Source: Candidatus Bathyarchaeota archaeon
GTDB taxonomy: Archaea; Thermoproteota; Bathyarchaeia; Bathyarchaeales; Bathyarchaeaceae
Length of the DNA: 64,000 nt
Direction of reading: 5' to 3'
NCBI GenBank assembly: GCA_963772765.1
Contig: CAVYYP010000013.1
Location: 13,377-77,376 of the forward strand
The position numbers were made by a program, and so were the translations under genes. A model generated the notes under the pieces. It saw only the letters and a program-made list of their open reading frames with translations, made no database searches and had not been told where the DNA came from. Shown here in pieces: positions 35,497-45,270 of the stretch; positions within the stretch are counted from its first letter, which is position 1, and each line of letters opens with the position of its first letter.

Positions 35497-37764
35497 TTGC
35501 GTGCCGAAATTAAGGTCAGCGGCATTGTTCAGGGTGTTGGTTTTCGCCCATTTGTCTATCGGATAGCAACAAAGAATGAGCTAGTTGGCTACGTGAGAAA
35601 CAGGGGAGACGCTGTCGTTGACATTGTTGTTGAAGGAAACAAAGACAGCATAACCCAGTTTGTTGAAGACCTGAAAGAAAAGAAGCCGCCGCTGGCACGA
35701 GTTTACAACATCAAAATAGACAGCACACAAAAGGAACAGGGCTTCAACGACTTTAAGATTGTTCAGAGTTCTGGTGAAGCAAAACTTTCTGGCTCTGTAA
35801 TACCTCCCGACGTTTCTATTTGTGATGAGTGTTTGCGGGAGCTTCGTGACCCCAAAAACAGGCGGTTTGACTACTTTTTCATAACCTGCACAGACTGCGG
35901 ACCAAGATACACCATAATCGACAGGCTCCCATACGACAGACAAAACACCACCATGCAAAACTTTCCAATGTGCGAAGCTTGCAAAAAAGAATACACAGAC
36001 CCAGCTAACCGCAGATTCCACGCAGAAACAGTAGCATGCCCCACATGCGGACCAAAAGCATGGCTAGCATCCAACAACGGAGAATATATAGAATTAAAAG
36101 ACCCCATCCGAGAAGCAGGACATCTCCTAGAAGAAGGAAATATCCTAGCAATCAAAGGAAATGGCGGCTTTCATGTTGCTACATCTACCATCAAACCAGA
36201 ACCAATTGCGAGGCTAAGAAAGGATAAGCACAGAAAACAGAAACCATTCGCGATAATGTCCAAAGACTTGGATACAATCAGAACATTTGCGGAAGTCAGT
36301 CCATGGGAAGTAGAGCTACTCACGTCTTACCGTAAGCCTATTGTTTTGCTTAAAAAAAGCCAAGACTACTGTCTCTCAAGTCTGGTTTCGCCTGAGCTTC
36401 ACACGATAGGTACTATGCTGCCATATACTGGGCTTCATGCAATGCTCTTTGACAGAGTCGAGGAACTCGCATTTGTTATGACCAGCGCGAATCCTCCCAG
36501 CGAACCCATAGTCACAGACAACAACGAAGCAGTAACCAAGCTGGGCTCCACAGTAGACTACTTTCTTTTCCACAACAGACCAATAGCCCAAAGATGCGAT
36601 GACTCAGTAGTCCGTTTTCACAGAGAAAATCCGTGCCTGATACGGCGTTCAAGAGGATACGCCCCAGAACCAATCCAGATAAAGCAGCCATCTGAACGTT
36701 GCGTACTTGCGGTAGGAGGCGAACTTAACGTGACAGTTTGCATACTAACGGACAGCAGGGCATTCATCTCACAGCACATAGGAGACGTGGAAAACCTAGA
36801 GAATCTCCGTTTTCTGAAAGAGTCCATAGCGCATCTGTCCAAGTTGACCAACTGCAAAGTAGAAGCGGTAGCCTGCGACTTTCATCCCAGATTTACCACA
36901 ACAAAACTCGCTCAAAACATGGCTGCTAGTCTTGGTTGTGAGTTGATTCAGGTTCAGCATCACCATGCCCATGCTGCGGCGCTTATGGCAGAATGGAACC
37001 TAGACGAGGTTGTTGCGGTTACCTGTGACGGCTATGGCTATGGCTCAGACGGGTCGGCATGGGGAGGCGAAGTGCTATTCTGTGACAGGCAAGGCTTCAA
37101 AAGAGTGGCACATCTTGAAAGCCAGCCCATGGTTGGAGGCGACCTAGCAACATATCATCCACTAAGGATGGCTGCTGGAATACTTCACAAAAGAACGGAT
37201 GTCTCAGATTGGCTAATGTCAAAAAGTGACCATTTGCCTCATGGAAAAAAAGAAGCAGAGTTAATCTTGAAACAAATCGATAAGGGGTCTTTTGTGAAGA
37301 CCACTAGCTGTGGAAGGGTGCTTGATGGTGTTTCTGCAATGCTGGGAATATGTTATGAGCGTAGCTATGAGGGTGAGCCTGCAATGAAGCTGGAATCTGT
37401 GGCAATAAAAGGAAAAGATGTGATAAAGTTGGCTCCTAGAATTGACGGAAATGTGTTGGATACAACATTTCTTGTCCATGAAATCTTCTGCAACAGAGAA
37501 AAGTTTTCTGTAGCGGACTTGGCGTGTTCGACTCAGGCGTATCTTAGTAGGGGATTGGCTCAACTTGCATTACAAGAAGCTGAAAAACTAAAAATCAAGA
37601 ATATTGGTTTTTCTGGTGGCGTAGCCTACAATGAGCAAATAACGGCAACTATGCGAAAAACTGTGGAAAACGCTGGCTACAAGTTTCTTGTTCACACCAA
37701 GATTCCTGCAGGGGATGGTGGAACGTCTTTTGGTCAATCGATTGTAGCGGGATTCCAAAAGTAG
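35497..37764 (+). CDS. hypF: carbamoyltransferase HypF
   Basis: TTG start. Has the acylphosphatase motif VSGIVQGVGFRPFVYR and two zinc fingers (CDECLREL..NRRF..CTDCGPRY and CEACKKEY..NRRFHAE..CPTCGP), followed by YrdC-like and Kae1-like domains. Confidence 0.9.
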   Translation: MRAEIKVSGIVQGVGFRPFVYRIATKNELVGYVRNRGDAVVDIVVEGNKDSITQFVEDLKEKKPPLARVYNIKIDSTQKEQGFNDFKIVQSSGEAKLSGSVIPPDVSICDECLRELRDPKNRRFDYFFITCTDCGPRYTIIDRLPYDRQNTTMQNFPMCEACKKEYTDPANRRFHAETVACPTCGPKAWLASNNGEYIELKDPIREAGHLLEEGNILAIKGNGGFHVATSTIKPEPIARLRKDKHRKQKPFAIMSKDLDTIRTFAEVSPWEVELLTSYRKPIVLLKKSQDYCLSSLVSPELHTIGTMLPYTGLHAMLFDRVEELAFVMTSANPPSEPIVTDNNEAVTKLGSTVDYFLFHNRPIAQRCDDSVVRFHRENPCLIRRSRGYAPEPIQIKQPSERCVLAVGGELNVTVCILTDSRAFISQHIGDVENLENLRFLKESIAHLSKLTNCKVEAVACDFHPRFTTTKLAQNMAASLGCELIQVQHHHAHAAALMAEWNLDEVVAVTCDGYGYGSDGSAWGGEVLFCDRQGFKRVAHLESQPMVGGDLATYHPLRMAAGILHKRTDVSDWLMSKSDHLPHGKKEAELILKQIDKGSFVKTTSCGRVLDGVSAMLGICYERSYEGEPAMKLESVAIKGKDVIKLAPRIDGNVLDTTFLVHEIFCNREKFSVADLACSTQAYLSRGLAQLALQEAEKLKIKNIGFSGGVAYNEQITATMRKTVENAGYKFLVHTKIPAGDGGTSFGQSIVAGFQK

Positions 37765-37817
37765 GAATGCTTTAAGCCAAGTAGACCAGAAAATAGAGTA
37801 ACGTGGGTGAAAAACGG

Positions 37818-38159
37818 ATGGCGCCTTCAGGTTACGGTGTCAGGGACACGCTTGTCTTGTTGACTGTTTCTGTTGGAGTCTTACTCATAGTCCTGTTTAT
37901 TGTGTCAAATCAAACAGTGTATGCTGTCCTAATTTTTGCTGGTCATCACAATTCCACTTGCAATTTTGGCTCTTGAATACAGAAAAAATTTTAGAGAATT
38001 CCAGTGCAAGAACTGCAATCACTGGTTCAGCGTTTCCTATTTGAGGCTACTATTTACGGCAAAGTTTCGAGGAACAGACCCTGCTCCCACAGCAGAAGTT
38101 CTTATGACCTAAAATGCCCAAACTGCAACAAAAAAGACTGGCTCACACCATCAGCATAA
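37818..38159 (+). pseudogene. small membrane protein with C-terminal zinc ribbon, spread over three frames
   Basis: Frame a reads MAPSGYGVRDTLVLLTVSVGVLLIVLFIV..VLIF. Frame b reads ..VITIPLAILALEYRKNFREFQCKNCNHWF.. Frame c reads ..YDLKCPNCNKKDWLTPSA*. The first break is at T5 37933-37937; the second is unresolved (about 38000-38110). No piece reaches 60 aa. Confidence 0.4.
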
Positions 38160-38164
38160 AGCAA

Positions 38165-38440
38165 TTAGACATTTGACTGTTCATCTTTTTCAGCTTCGTT
38201 GGCTTCTGCCATTATTACGACATCTTTCACTGTAGTGGGTTTGTTAGTTGCTTTTACAACAAGTTTTCCTCTCCACCCGCACTTTTTGCACTCATATTTT
38301 GGCGGAGTAATTCCAATGTGACCTAACATATCCCCTTCCACGGATTTTACTCTGCGAACCTTTGCACTTTTACAGTGAGGGCAGACTTGAATGTCGACAT
38401 ATTTTTTTTCTTTTTCCAGTTCTATTAAAGCGTCAATCAA
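38165..38440 (-). CDS. zinc-ribbon protein
   Basis: ..VCPHCKSAKVRR...YECKKCGWRG.. gives CxxC...CxxC. TTG start. A possible Lys-rich N-terminal extension lies in another frame (38457-38537). Confidence 0.5.
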   Translation of the reverse strand: MIDALIELEKEKKYVDIQVCPHCKSAKVRRVKSVEGDMLGHIGITPPKYECKKCGWRGKLVVKATNKPTTVKDVVIMAEANEAEKDEQSNV

Positions 38441-38551
38441 TTCAGGAAGTTCACTTTCAACTTCTTGTTTCTAAAACAACTTGTTGTTTTTTCTTTTTCT
38501 TCTTTTGTTTCTTCTTTTCCTGTTCTTGTTCACTCAAAAGAATCACCTCCC

Positions 38552-38830
38552 TTAGACTGGTTTAAACGCTCTAACTTCTGGATTTTTTTTCAGTTGCTTT
38601 GGAATATTAACTGCTCTAACAATGTTCTGACTGCTTATCACATATATTGGGGAGCCATCAGGTTTCCATTTGTTCAGCCTTTTAACTTCTCTAAGAATCA
38701 ATTTAATCCGTAAAGTTGTTCCATCACTCAACTTGTAACTATTCCAGCTTTCAGTTTCTTCCGTGAAATCCAAGTCTTCTGCATCCATCAAATCTTTCTG
38801 GGTAATTCGTGGCAACTGAGATTGACTCAA
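38552..38830 (-). CDS. hypothetical protein
   Basis: 92-aa ORF with no recognised family. Confidence 0.4.
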   Translation of the reverse strand: MSQSQLPRITQKDLMDAEDLDFTEETESWNSYKLSDGTTLRIKLILREVKRLNKWKPDGSPIYVISSQNIVRAVNIPKQLKKNPEVRAFKPV

Positions 38831-39050
38831 CCTAACTCACTCCAATTCAAAACTGTTCAATCATAGTAAGTTGTATTAAACATATTAATCTTCCTTTGTG
38901 TGTTCAACCAGAAAACAACAAAAAAATAACTCCAAAATACGCTGTTTAACGGGTAAAAAACCAATAGGTTAAATAAATGGGGGATTCAGTCACTTTCCTT
39001 GTAAAGGTTAGGACTTTTTAGAAAGTTCTTGGTTTGATGGTGATTGGAAG

Positions 39051-39269
39051 TTGTGTCTTGCGATTCCTGCAAAGGTTCTTGAAGTTAAGGGGAATATTGC
39101 TAAGGTGGATTTTGGGCAGGGAGTTGCCCGCGAAGTTAATGTCATGCTTGTAGACGCCAAAGTCGGCGAATATGTGCTTGTTCATGCTGGCTATGCGATT
39201 GAAAAGATGGACCAGAAGGCTGCAGAAGAGAGCCTAGATACTTGGCGACAAGTACTGGAACAAAGCTAG
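39051..39269 (+). CDS. hypC: hydrogenase assembly chaperone HypC/HupF
   Basis: (M)CLAIPAKVLEV..A.VDFGG....V...LV....GEYVLVHAGYAI is the canonical HypC N-terminal Cys. TTG start. Confidence 0.85.
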   Translation: MCLAIPAKVLEVKGNIAKVDFGQGVAREVNVMLVDAKVGEYVLVHAGYAIEKMDQKAAEESLDTWRQVLEQS

Positions 39270-39961
39270 GCGGTGAACAGATTTTGGCAGACGCTAATGA
39301 TGTGATAAAAGGCGAAGAGGTAACCCTTGAGATAGAGCCCGGAATGAACATTCTGGAAGTCAACAAGAAGCTTGCAGAAAAAAACAAGGAACGGCTAAAT
39401 AAGCATAACGTGAAGGCAATAGACATAATGGGCTCCATAGGCGCAGGAAAAACCAGCCTAATAGAGAAGCTTGTCCAGAAACTGAAAAACAAATACAAAA
39501 TCGTGGTCTTCAAAGGCGACCTGACAACAACCATAGACGCCGAAAGAATCGGAAAACATGGAGTCCAAGTAATCACAATCAACACTGGACGAGAATGCCA
39601 CCTAGACGCAAACGTCGTCGCAAAAGCGGTTGAAAGAATCAAAATCGAAGACATAGACCTTCTGATAATCGAAAACGTTGGCAACCTAATCTGTCCTGCA
39701 GAGTTTCCGCTGGGCACTGACAAGCGCGTAGTTGTGATCAGCGTCACAGAGGGACCATACATGATTCTCAAGCATCCCTTTACATTCATGAATGCCGACG
39801 TTATGGTCATAAACAAAAAAGACCTGGCACAAACCATGAAAATCGATACCAATCAGCTGGAAAATCAGGCAAAAGAGGTCAAGCCTGACGTAAAAGTTGC
39901 AGTCACAAACGCCCTAACAGGCGAAGGCGTCGACGAACTAATCAAAGCCCTAGAACTATAG
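39242..39961 (+). CDS. hypB: hydrogenase nickel incorporation GTPase HypB
   Basis: P-loop GSIGAGKTSLIE, plus ENVGNLICPAEF and NKKDL motifs. The start is uncertain: TTG 39242 overlaps hypC, and an alternative ATG lies at 39344. Confidence 0.85.
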   Translation: MATSTGTKLGGEQILADANDVIKGEEVTLEIEPGMNILEVNKKLAEKNKERLNKHNVKAIDIMGSIGAGKTSLIEKLVQKLKNKYKIVVFKGDLTTTIDAERIGKHGVQVITINTGRECHLDANVVAKAVERIKIEDIDLLIIENVGNLICPAEFPLGTDKRVVVISVTEGPYMILKHPFTFMNADVMVINKKDLAQTMKIDTNQLENQAKEVKPDVKVAVTNALTGEGVDELIKALEL

Positions 39962-39974
39962 GAGAAAACAGATA

Positions 39975-40346
39975 GTGCATGAACTTTCTATGGCCACACA
40001 AATCGTCGAAACCGTGCTTGCAGAAGCAAAAAAGCATGGAGCAAAAAAGGTCATAGAAGTCAAACTGGTCATCGGCAAGATGACATTTCTGGGAACAGAC
40101 CAGATCGGATTCTCATACAAAATACTAACAGAAGACACCATACTAAAAGACTCCAAATTGACAATCGAAGAAAAAGAAGGCACAATAGAGTGCCCCAACT
40201 GCGGCTACAAAGGAACAGTACCCATCAAAGACGACCCCGCATACCACATTCCTGTTCCGACACTTCAATGCCCCGAATGTGGAAGAGCAGCAAAAATTGT
40301 TGAAGGCAAAGAATGCACCATAAAAAGCATAAAAATGGCAAAGTAG
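39975..40346 (+). CDS. hypA: hydrogenase nickel insertion protein HypA
   Basis: (M)HELSMATQIVE.. N-terminus (GTG start) and CPNCG...CPECG zinc site. Confidence 0.85.
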   Translation: MHELSMATQIVETVLAEAKKHGAKKVIEVKLVIGKMTFLGTDQIGFSYKILTEDTILKDSKLTIEEKEGTIECPNCGYKGTVPIKDDPAYHIPVPTLQCPECGRAAKIVEGKECTIKSIKMAK

Positions 40347-40354
40347 GAACCGCG

Positions 40355-41453
40355 ATGACAGCACAAACTGAAACAGAAAAATTCAGAGACCCCAAACTAG
40401 CCAAACAGGTTTCAGAGCACATCAAAAAAATTGCGCCAAAATATCCCGTAAAGTTCTGTCACGTCTGCGGAACCCACGAATGGACAATCACACACAACGG
40501 AATCCGCAGCCTACTACCCGACACAGTCGAAGTTATTGCAGGACCAGGATGCCCAGTCTGCATACTTGCCCGCATCAGACATAGACGAAGCCATAGCCCT
40601 AGCAAAAAAAGGCATAACAATCACAAGCTTTGGCGACCTCATCAGAGTTCCCGGCTCAGAAACTTCTCTTCAAAAAGCCAAAGCAGCAGGCGCAGACGTA
40701 AGAATAGTATACGGACCAGGAGACGCCATTCAGATGGCAAAAAAGAACCCAGACAAGGAGTTCGTGTTCTTTGCTGTAGGCTTCGAAACAACATCCCCAA
40801 CAACAGCCGTCGAAATAATAAACAAGCCCCCAAAAAACTTCAGTTTTCTTGTCTCCCACAGACTGATTCCGCCAGCCATGGAACTGCTCTTAGGCATAGG
40901 CGACCTGCACATTGACGGCTTCATTGCCGCAGGTCATGTCGCCACAATTACAGGAATGAAACCCTACGAAGTATTCCCAAATGCGTATAGGATGCCAACC
41001 GTTGCCGCAGGCTTCGAGCCCCTAGACATACTGTTCGCTATCGACATGCTACTGCAGCAGGTAAAAGAAGGAACAGCCAGACTGGAAAACGAGTACAAGC
41101 GTGTTGTTTCATGGGAAGGCAATGTAAAGGCTCAGAATCTGGTGAAACAGGCATTTGATGTTACGGATGGACGATGGCGCGGACTTGGAATGCTTCCAAA
41201 ATCTGCTCTGACACTAAAGAAAGAGTTTTCTGAGTTCGATGCCAGACAAAAATATGACGTTCACATCGAAGATTCAAAAGACATCTTGAAGGGCTGTCTG
41301 TGCCACTTGGTTATGATAGGAAAAATCAATCCGTCCGAGTGTCCCAGCTACATGACTAAATGCAGTCCAGAGGCTCCGAAGGGAGCATGCATGGTCTCAA
41401 ATGAAGGCACCTGCAGAATCTGGGCAACACACAGAGTGACCAAATTGCAGTAA
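40355..41453 (+). pseudogene. hypD: hydrogenase maturation protein HypD, one apparent +1 frameshift at 40565-40568
   Basis: ORF 40313-40915 reads ..FRDPKLAKQV..CHVCGTHEW..VIAGPGCPVCI then nonsense. ORF 40536-41453 reads ..LPASDIDEAIALAKKGITITSFGDLIRVPGS..GADVRIVYGPGDA..FFAVGFETT.. Skipping one base restores GPGCPVCILPASDID, comparable to E. coli CPVCVLPMGRID. Confidence 0.85.
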
Positions 41454-41518
41454 AATAGGCTTATATCCTCTTAGCGCACAGGTATTATTTGAAGGATCGC
41501 TTCTGGATGTGAATCGTC

Positions 41519-42100
41519 ATGAATGTTAACGAGGTTCTTGAACAGTTTAGAAAAGCAGAATACCATTACCCTGACGTTATCTGGCATGACATACGGTCCA
41601 TAAAACTGAAACCAAAACTAACATCTCAGTTAGTTAGCATGACCGCTAACGAGTTCAAGTCTTTGCTTCTTAGCAACCTATTTTTGCCCAAAACCGTCTC
41701 AGAGCAAGTAGCCAACGTCATTGTTTTAGGTAACGATTTTAATGAAACAAAACTGAAACTGTTTGATCTGTTTTTGGGAACAGGAGACTTCAAACAGAGG
41801 TTGCAGAATGTTCTTGACCTTGAAGGCTTCAATCCCTGCATAGCTTCACAGCTTCTTGCCGCAGTGAACAACAAAGAATACACCATCTATCACGAAAATG
41901 TCGTAAATGGAATAGAAGATTTCCTGACACATGTTGTTGATTGGCAACTCATAGAACTTAAAGTCAAAACCGCCGAACACTACATCGACTTTAATGAGCT
42001 ATGTAAATCAATCAAAAACAATTTTGGCTTCAGCAGCCTCGGAGAACTCCACGAACTCTTCTGGCACGGCCACAGCTCAGGCTGGAACTTCATAATATAA
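41519..42100 (+). CDS. hypothetical protein
   Basis: 193-aa soluble ORF with no recognised family. Confidence 0.45.
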   Translation: MNVNEVLEQFRKAEYHYPDVIWHDIRSIKLKPKLTSQLVSMTANEFKSLLLSNLFLPKTVSEQVANVIVLGNDFNETKLKLFDLFLGTGDFKQRLQNVLDLEGFNPCIASQLLAAVNNKEYTIYHENVVNGIEDFLTHVVDWQLIELKVKTAEHYIDFNELCKSIKNNFGFSSLGELHELFWHGHSSGWNFII

Positions 42101-42103
42101 TCG

Positions 42104-42616
42104 TTAGTGCTTGTGTTCGCTTATCAGATTGTTTAGGATTTCGCAGAATTTCTTGGAATTGTTTGAAGAAAAGACGAATTTTCTTCCCTTTTTAGGGACG
42201 ATTTCAACGGCGTTACCAAATGATGTTGTGTACGCCCATGAGCCATCTAAACCATAACGTATGCCCAAGCCGCCAAATCTGCTAAAGGATGCTTTCACCA
42301 GTTTGCAGGAGACGATTTCGTCTACTTTTACGGATTCTCGACTCAGCCCATAGGTTACTGTAAGACGTTCAGAAGTGAGGTGAATTTTTATGCCTCTGAA
42401 AATTCGGTACATAAACAGCATCAAAACCAATACTGCTGTAGACACTACAAAGCCAACTAGCATTCCAGGACCTGAGGGTTGAATAAAAACAGTCACCGCC
42501 ACCAGTATAATGACGATTAAAGCTGCTGTAGCCAACAAGGTAGCTCTCAGATATTTGGATGTTGGAACCCACTCACTATACAATACATGTGTCATACTAT
42601 AGATTTTGTTAAACAA
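42104..42616 (-). CDS. membrane protein with two TM helices and a PH-like (bPH) C-terminal domain
   Basis: The pattern of two TMs followed by ..IKIHLTSERLTVTYGLSRESVKVDEIVSCKL.. resembles bacterial PH-domain membrane proteins. Weak assignment. Confidence 0.4.
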   Translation of the reverse strand: MFNKIYSMTHVLYSEWVPTSKYLRATLLATAALIVIILVAVTVFIQPSGPGMLVGFVVSTAVLVLMLFMYRIFRGIKIHLTSERLTVTYGLSRESVKVDEIVSCKLVKASFSRFGGLGIRYGLDGSWAYTTSFGNAVEIVPKKGRKFVFSSNNSKKFCEILNNLISEHKH

Positions 42617-42701
42617 TCAATTAACTTTTTGCATTTATCCAACACATGCGAGACAGAAGTGTTTCGGAAAAAATTTAAGCGTAATAACAGAAAGTACAAC
42701 T

Positions 42702-42998
42702 GTGTCTTCTCAATCTTTTCGTGCCTATGTATTAGTGGAACTTTACCCAGGCAAAGAGAAAGAATTCTGCGAAGAAATCCTAGAGAAGGGGCTAGTTCTA
42801 GATTCTAAAGTAGAAAGAACCGACTTTGTTCACGGCTCCTACGACTTCATCTACGTACTAAACGGAGAAATGGCAGACATAGACAGAAGAATCATCGAAC
42901 TAAGAAGGTCAATATACATACGCAAAACAGAAACCCTGATCTGCTTTGACATGTTCACATGGGACGCAGTGAAACAGAAAGTAGACGAAGAAAAATAG
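42702..42998 (+). CDS. stand-alone Lrp/AsnC ligand-binding (RAM)-like domain protein
   Basis: (V)SSQSFRAYVLVELYPGKEKEFCEEILEKGLVLDSKVERTDFVHGSYDFIYVLNGEMADIDRRI.. GTG 42702 was chosen because the N-terminal 32 aa of the ORF track look non-coding. Confidence 0.5.
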   Translation: MSSQSFRAYVLVELYPGKEKEFCEEILEKGLVLDSKVERTDFVHGSYDFIYVLNGEMADIDRRIIELRRSIYIRKTETLICFDMFTWDAVKQKVDEEK

Positions 42999-43457
42999 AA
43001 GCTTTCGGTACATAAAAATCCCCGAGTTGAGTCTAAGCCCTTAGCGCATGTTAGGCCCGTTTAGGTCATCGTTTTTGTCGTGCGTTTATCTTTCGCCTTT
43101 TTGATGGAACGCACTCGACGCCTACTCGCATTACACTATGGATATTGACCAGCCCTTCGAAGCAAGTCTTGGGCGCATATCAGCCTTCAGCCGTTTTGAC
43201 TGATACGCTCAGTGCTTCAATGCAATATCAGAGCGTGCTCCCCAACTCGGGGAATATAATATGTAGATATAGTGGAAGATATAGTTTGTCGAAACATAGA
43301 ACAATACGTAGCCAAGGGTGTTCTCGGTTTTTTTAACATATTTTTGTCAAAAGACTGAGATGGCGTCCAGATTGGCAATCAATACGATACATCAACTAAA
43401 TAGCCACAGGCTTATAAGATGAAAAAAAGCCAAAAACAACGTTTCACAAGCAAATTA

Positions 43458-43955
43458 TCATGATTCAGCGGTTCTTGCAAATCTGCCATCATCCCGTTTT
43501 GAGTGCATATTGCTGACGTTCTTTTTTAGCCATCCGATTTTTTTTGCTTTTTGTTGGTCAAATTCTGGAACATAGGGTTTGATGTCTAGAAGTGGTGTTC
43601 CGTCGAGTATGTCCACATCCTGTATTTGTAGTAGATTTTTTTCTACTTTTGTTAGGCGCACAACCGAAATTCCGATAGGGTTTGGTCGGGAAGGCGCACG
43701 AGTGGAAAACACTCCATGAAGTTTCTCATCCAGAAAGGGTTTAACAAGTAGGGAACATTTTTGTGCTAAATGAAAGTGATAAATCAAAATCAGATGCGAA
43801 AAACCTTCGAGGTCTGTTAGACCATCCATATACTCTGGATACACCTCAACGGAGCCTGTTACATTTTTAGCAGCCGCGGACTGTATCGGAACATCCCGGG
43901 GCACCTTGAAAGGAGAATGAATGACTCCAATCGGCTTGTACAAAACTTCCATCAT
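43458..43955 (-). CDS. trmO: tRNA (t6A37) methyltransferase TrmO/TsaA (YaeB family)
   Basis: ..PIGVIHSPF..GFSHLILIYHFH..FSTRAPSRPNPIGISVVRL..VDILDGTPLLDIKPYVPEFD are YaeB-family motifs. Confidence 0.8.
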   Translation of the reverse strand: MMEVLYKPIGVIHSPFKVPRDVPIQSAAAKNVTGSVEVYPEYMDGLTDLEGFSHLILIYHFHLAQKCSLLVKPFLDEKLHGVFSTRAPSRPNPIGISVVRLTKVEKNLLQIQDVDILDGTPLLDIKPYVPEFDQQKAKKIGWLKKNVSNMHSKRDDGRFARTAES

Positions 43956-44040
43956 CTAAACCACCCGAAGCGCTATTCGATATGACAGTAGCCGCTTGCA
44001 GTTATTGAGTTTTAGCATCGAAATAAGACACAGCTGTCAG

Positions 44041-45087
44041 TTAGCAGATTCTTGGAACAGGGTCTCCGACAGGAGGTGCTATGATTCGTTTTCCGCCAAC
44101 TACAGTTTCGAGTACAACTTCACTGAAATCGTTTGTTGCTTCGCCGATTATCTGTGCATCCTTGCCTTCTTTAGTTTCCTTTAGCGCCGCCAATACCTTT
44201 TCTGCTTTCTGTGGAACAACGCCGATGAGAACTTTGCCTTCGTTTCCAATTTCCATAGGGTCTAAGCCGAGCATTTCGCAGGCAGCTCTTACATCTCCTC
44301 GCACAGGCACTTTCTGTTCGCTTATCATGAGTCCCACTTTGGATTTTTGGCTCCATTCATTAAGTGAATTTGATAATCCTCCTCGTGTGGGGTCTTTCAT
44401 GGCTACGATTCCGCCGACTTCGAGAAGTTTTTTGATTACCTTGTTAAGTGGTGTCACGTCAGATTTGATGTTGCTTCCAAAGTTGTAGCCTTCCTGCGCA
44501 GACAAGATAGTTATTCCGTGGTCGCCGACAGTGCCAGAGATAATAAGCATGTCACCTGCTCTAACGTTTGAATCGAGAACCCAGCGAGAATCAAACGGTC
44601 GATACTTTTTTACTTCAGAAATGTTGCTTTCGAGTGCTTTGCTTCTTTTTCCGATTCCAGAGGTGTTGATGATGCAGCCTCCAAAACCGCTCTTCTCGAT
44701 TACTTTGGTGTCGCCAGTGACAACATATACTCCAGCTTCTTCACATGCCTTTTTCATGCTGTCCAAGATTCTGTCCAGATCATCTATGGACAATCCTTCC
44801 TCTAACACCATGCCGCATGTAAGAGCCATCGGTTCTGCTCCAATCATTGCAATATCATTAACTGTACCTGCAATAGCTAATCGTCCTATGTCGCCGCCAG
44901 CAAAGAAAAGAGGCTTTACGGCATGAGAATCTGACTTCAAAACAATGTTATCTACAACTGCAGAATCGTCCAGTGCTTCCAGTGGAACCTCGGCGCTGCT
45001 TCCGCCAAGATGAGCCACGACATGGTTTTTGATAAGGTCGCTCATGACGGTTCCTCCGGCTCCATGAGCCATGGTTATTCGGTCCAT
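44041..45087 (-). CDS. hypE: hydrogenase expression/formation protein HypE
   Basis: MDRITMAHGAGG.., a PurM-like fold (..GGDIGRLAIAGTVNDIA..) and the C-terminal ..PVPRIC*. ATG 45087 was chosen. Confidence 0.9.
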   Translation of the reverse strand: MDRITMAHGAGGTVMSDLIKNHVVAHLGGSSAEVPLEALDDSAVVDNIVLKSDSHAVKPLFFAGGDIGRLAIAGTVNDIAMIGAEPMALTCGMVLEEGLSIDDLDRILDSMKKACEEAGVYVVTGDTKVIEKSGFGGCIINTSGIGKRSKALESNISEVKKYRPFDSRWVLDSNVRAGDMLIISGTVGDHGITILSAQEGYNFGSNIKSDVTPLNKVIKKLLEVGGIVAMKDPTRGGLSNSLNEWSQKSKVGLMISEQKVPVRGDVRAACEMLGLDPMEIGNEGKVLIGVVPQKAEKVLAALKETKEGKDAQIIGEATNDFSEVVLETVVGGKRIIAPPVGDPVPRIC

Positions 45088-45270
45088 GACGGTTTTCCTC
45101 AGAAAGACTTGATGAACAGACATTTTTAAACACTACCAATTTCAGCAAGAAGGAACGGTGATTTTTAGCAGAAAGGATTAGCGGGTTTGAGTGTAGCAAA
45201 CAGATAAAGAATAAAGCTTATAACACGAATTCCAAAACATTAACTCTGATTGGCAACGGTTTTGAATACT

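Noticed and set aside
43019-43253. Calling the inverted-repeat-bounded segment a MITE
   Set aside because: The flanks (..ACATAAAAA | ATATAATAT..) show no clear target-site duplication, and I saw no second copy in the window. It is left as an open candidate (ncRNA versus MITE) in the findings.
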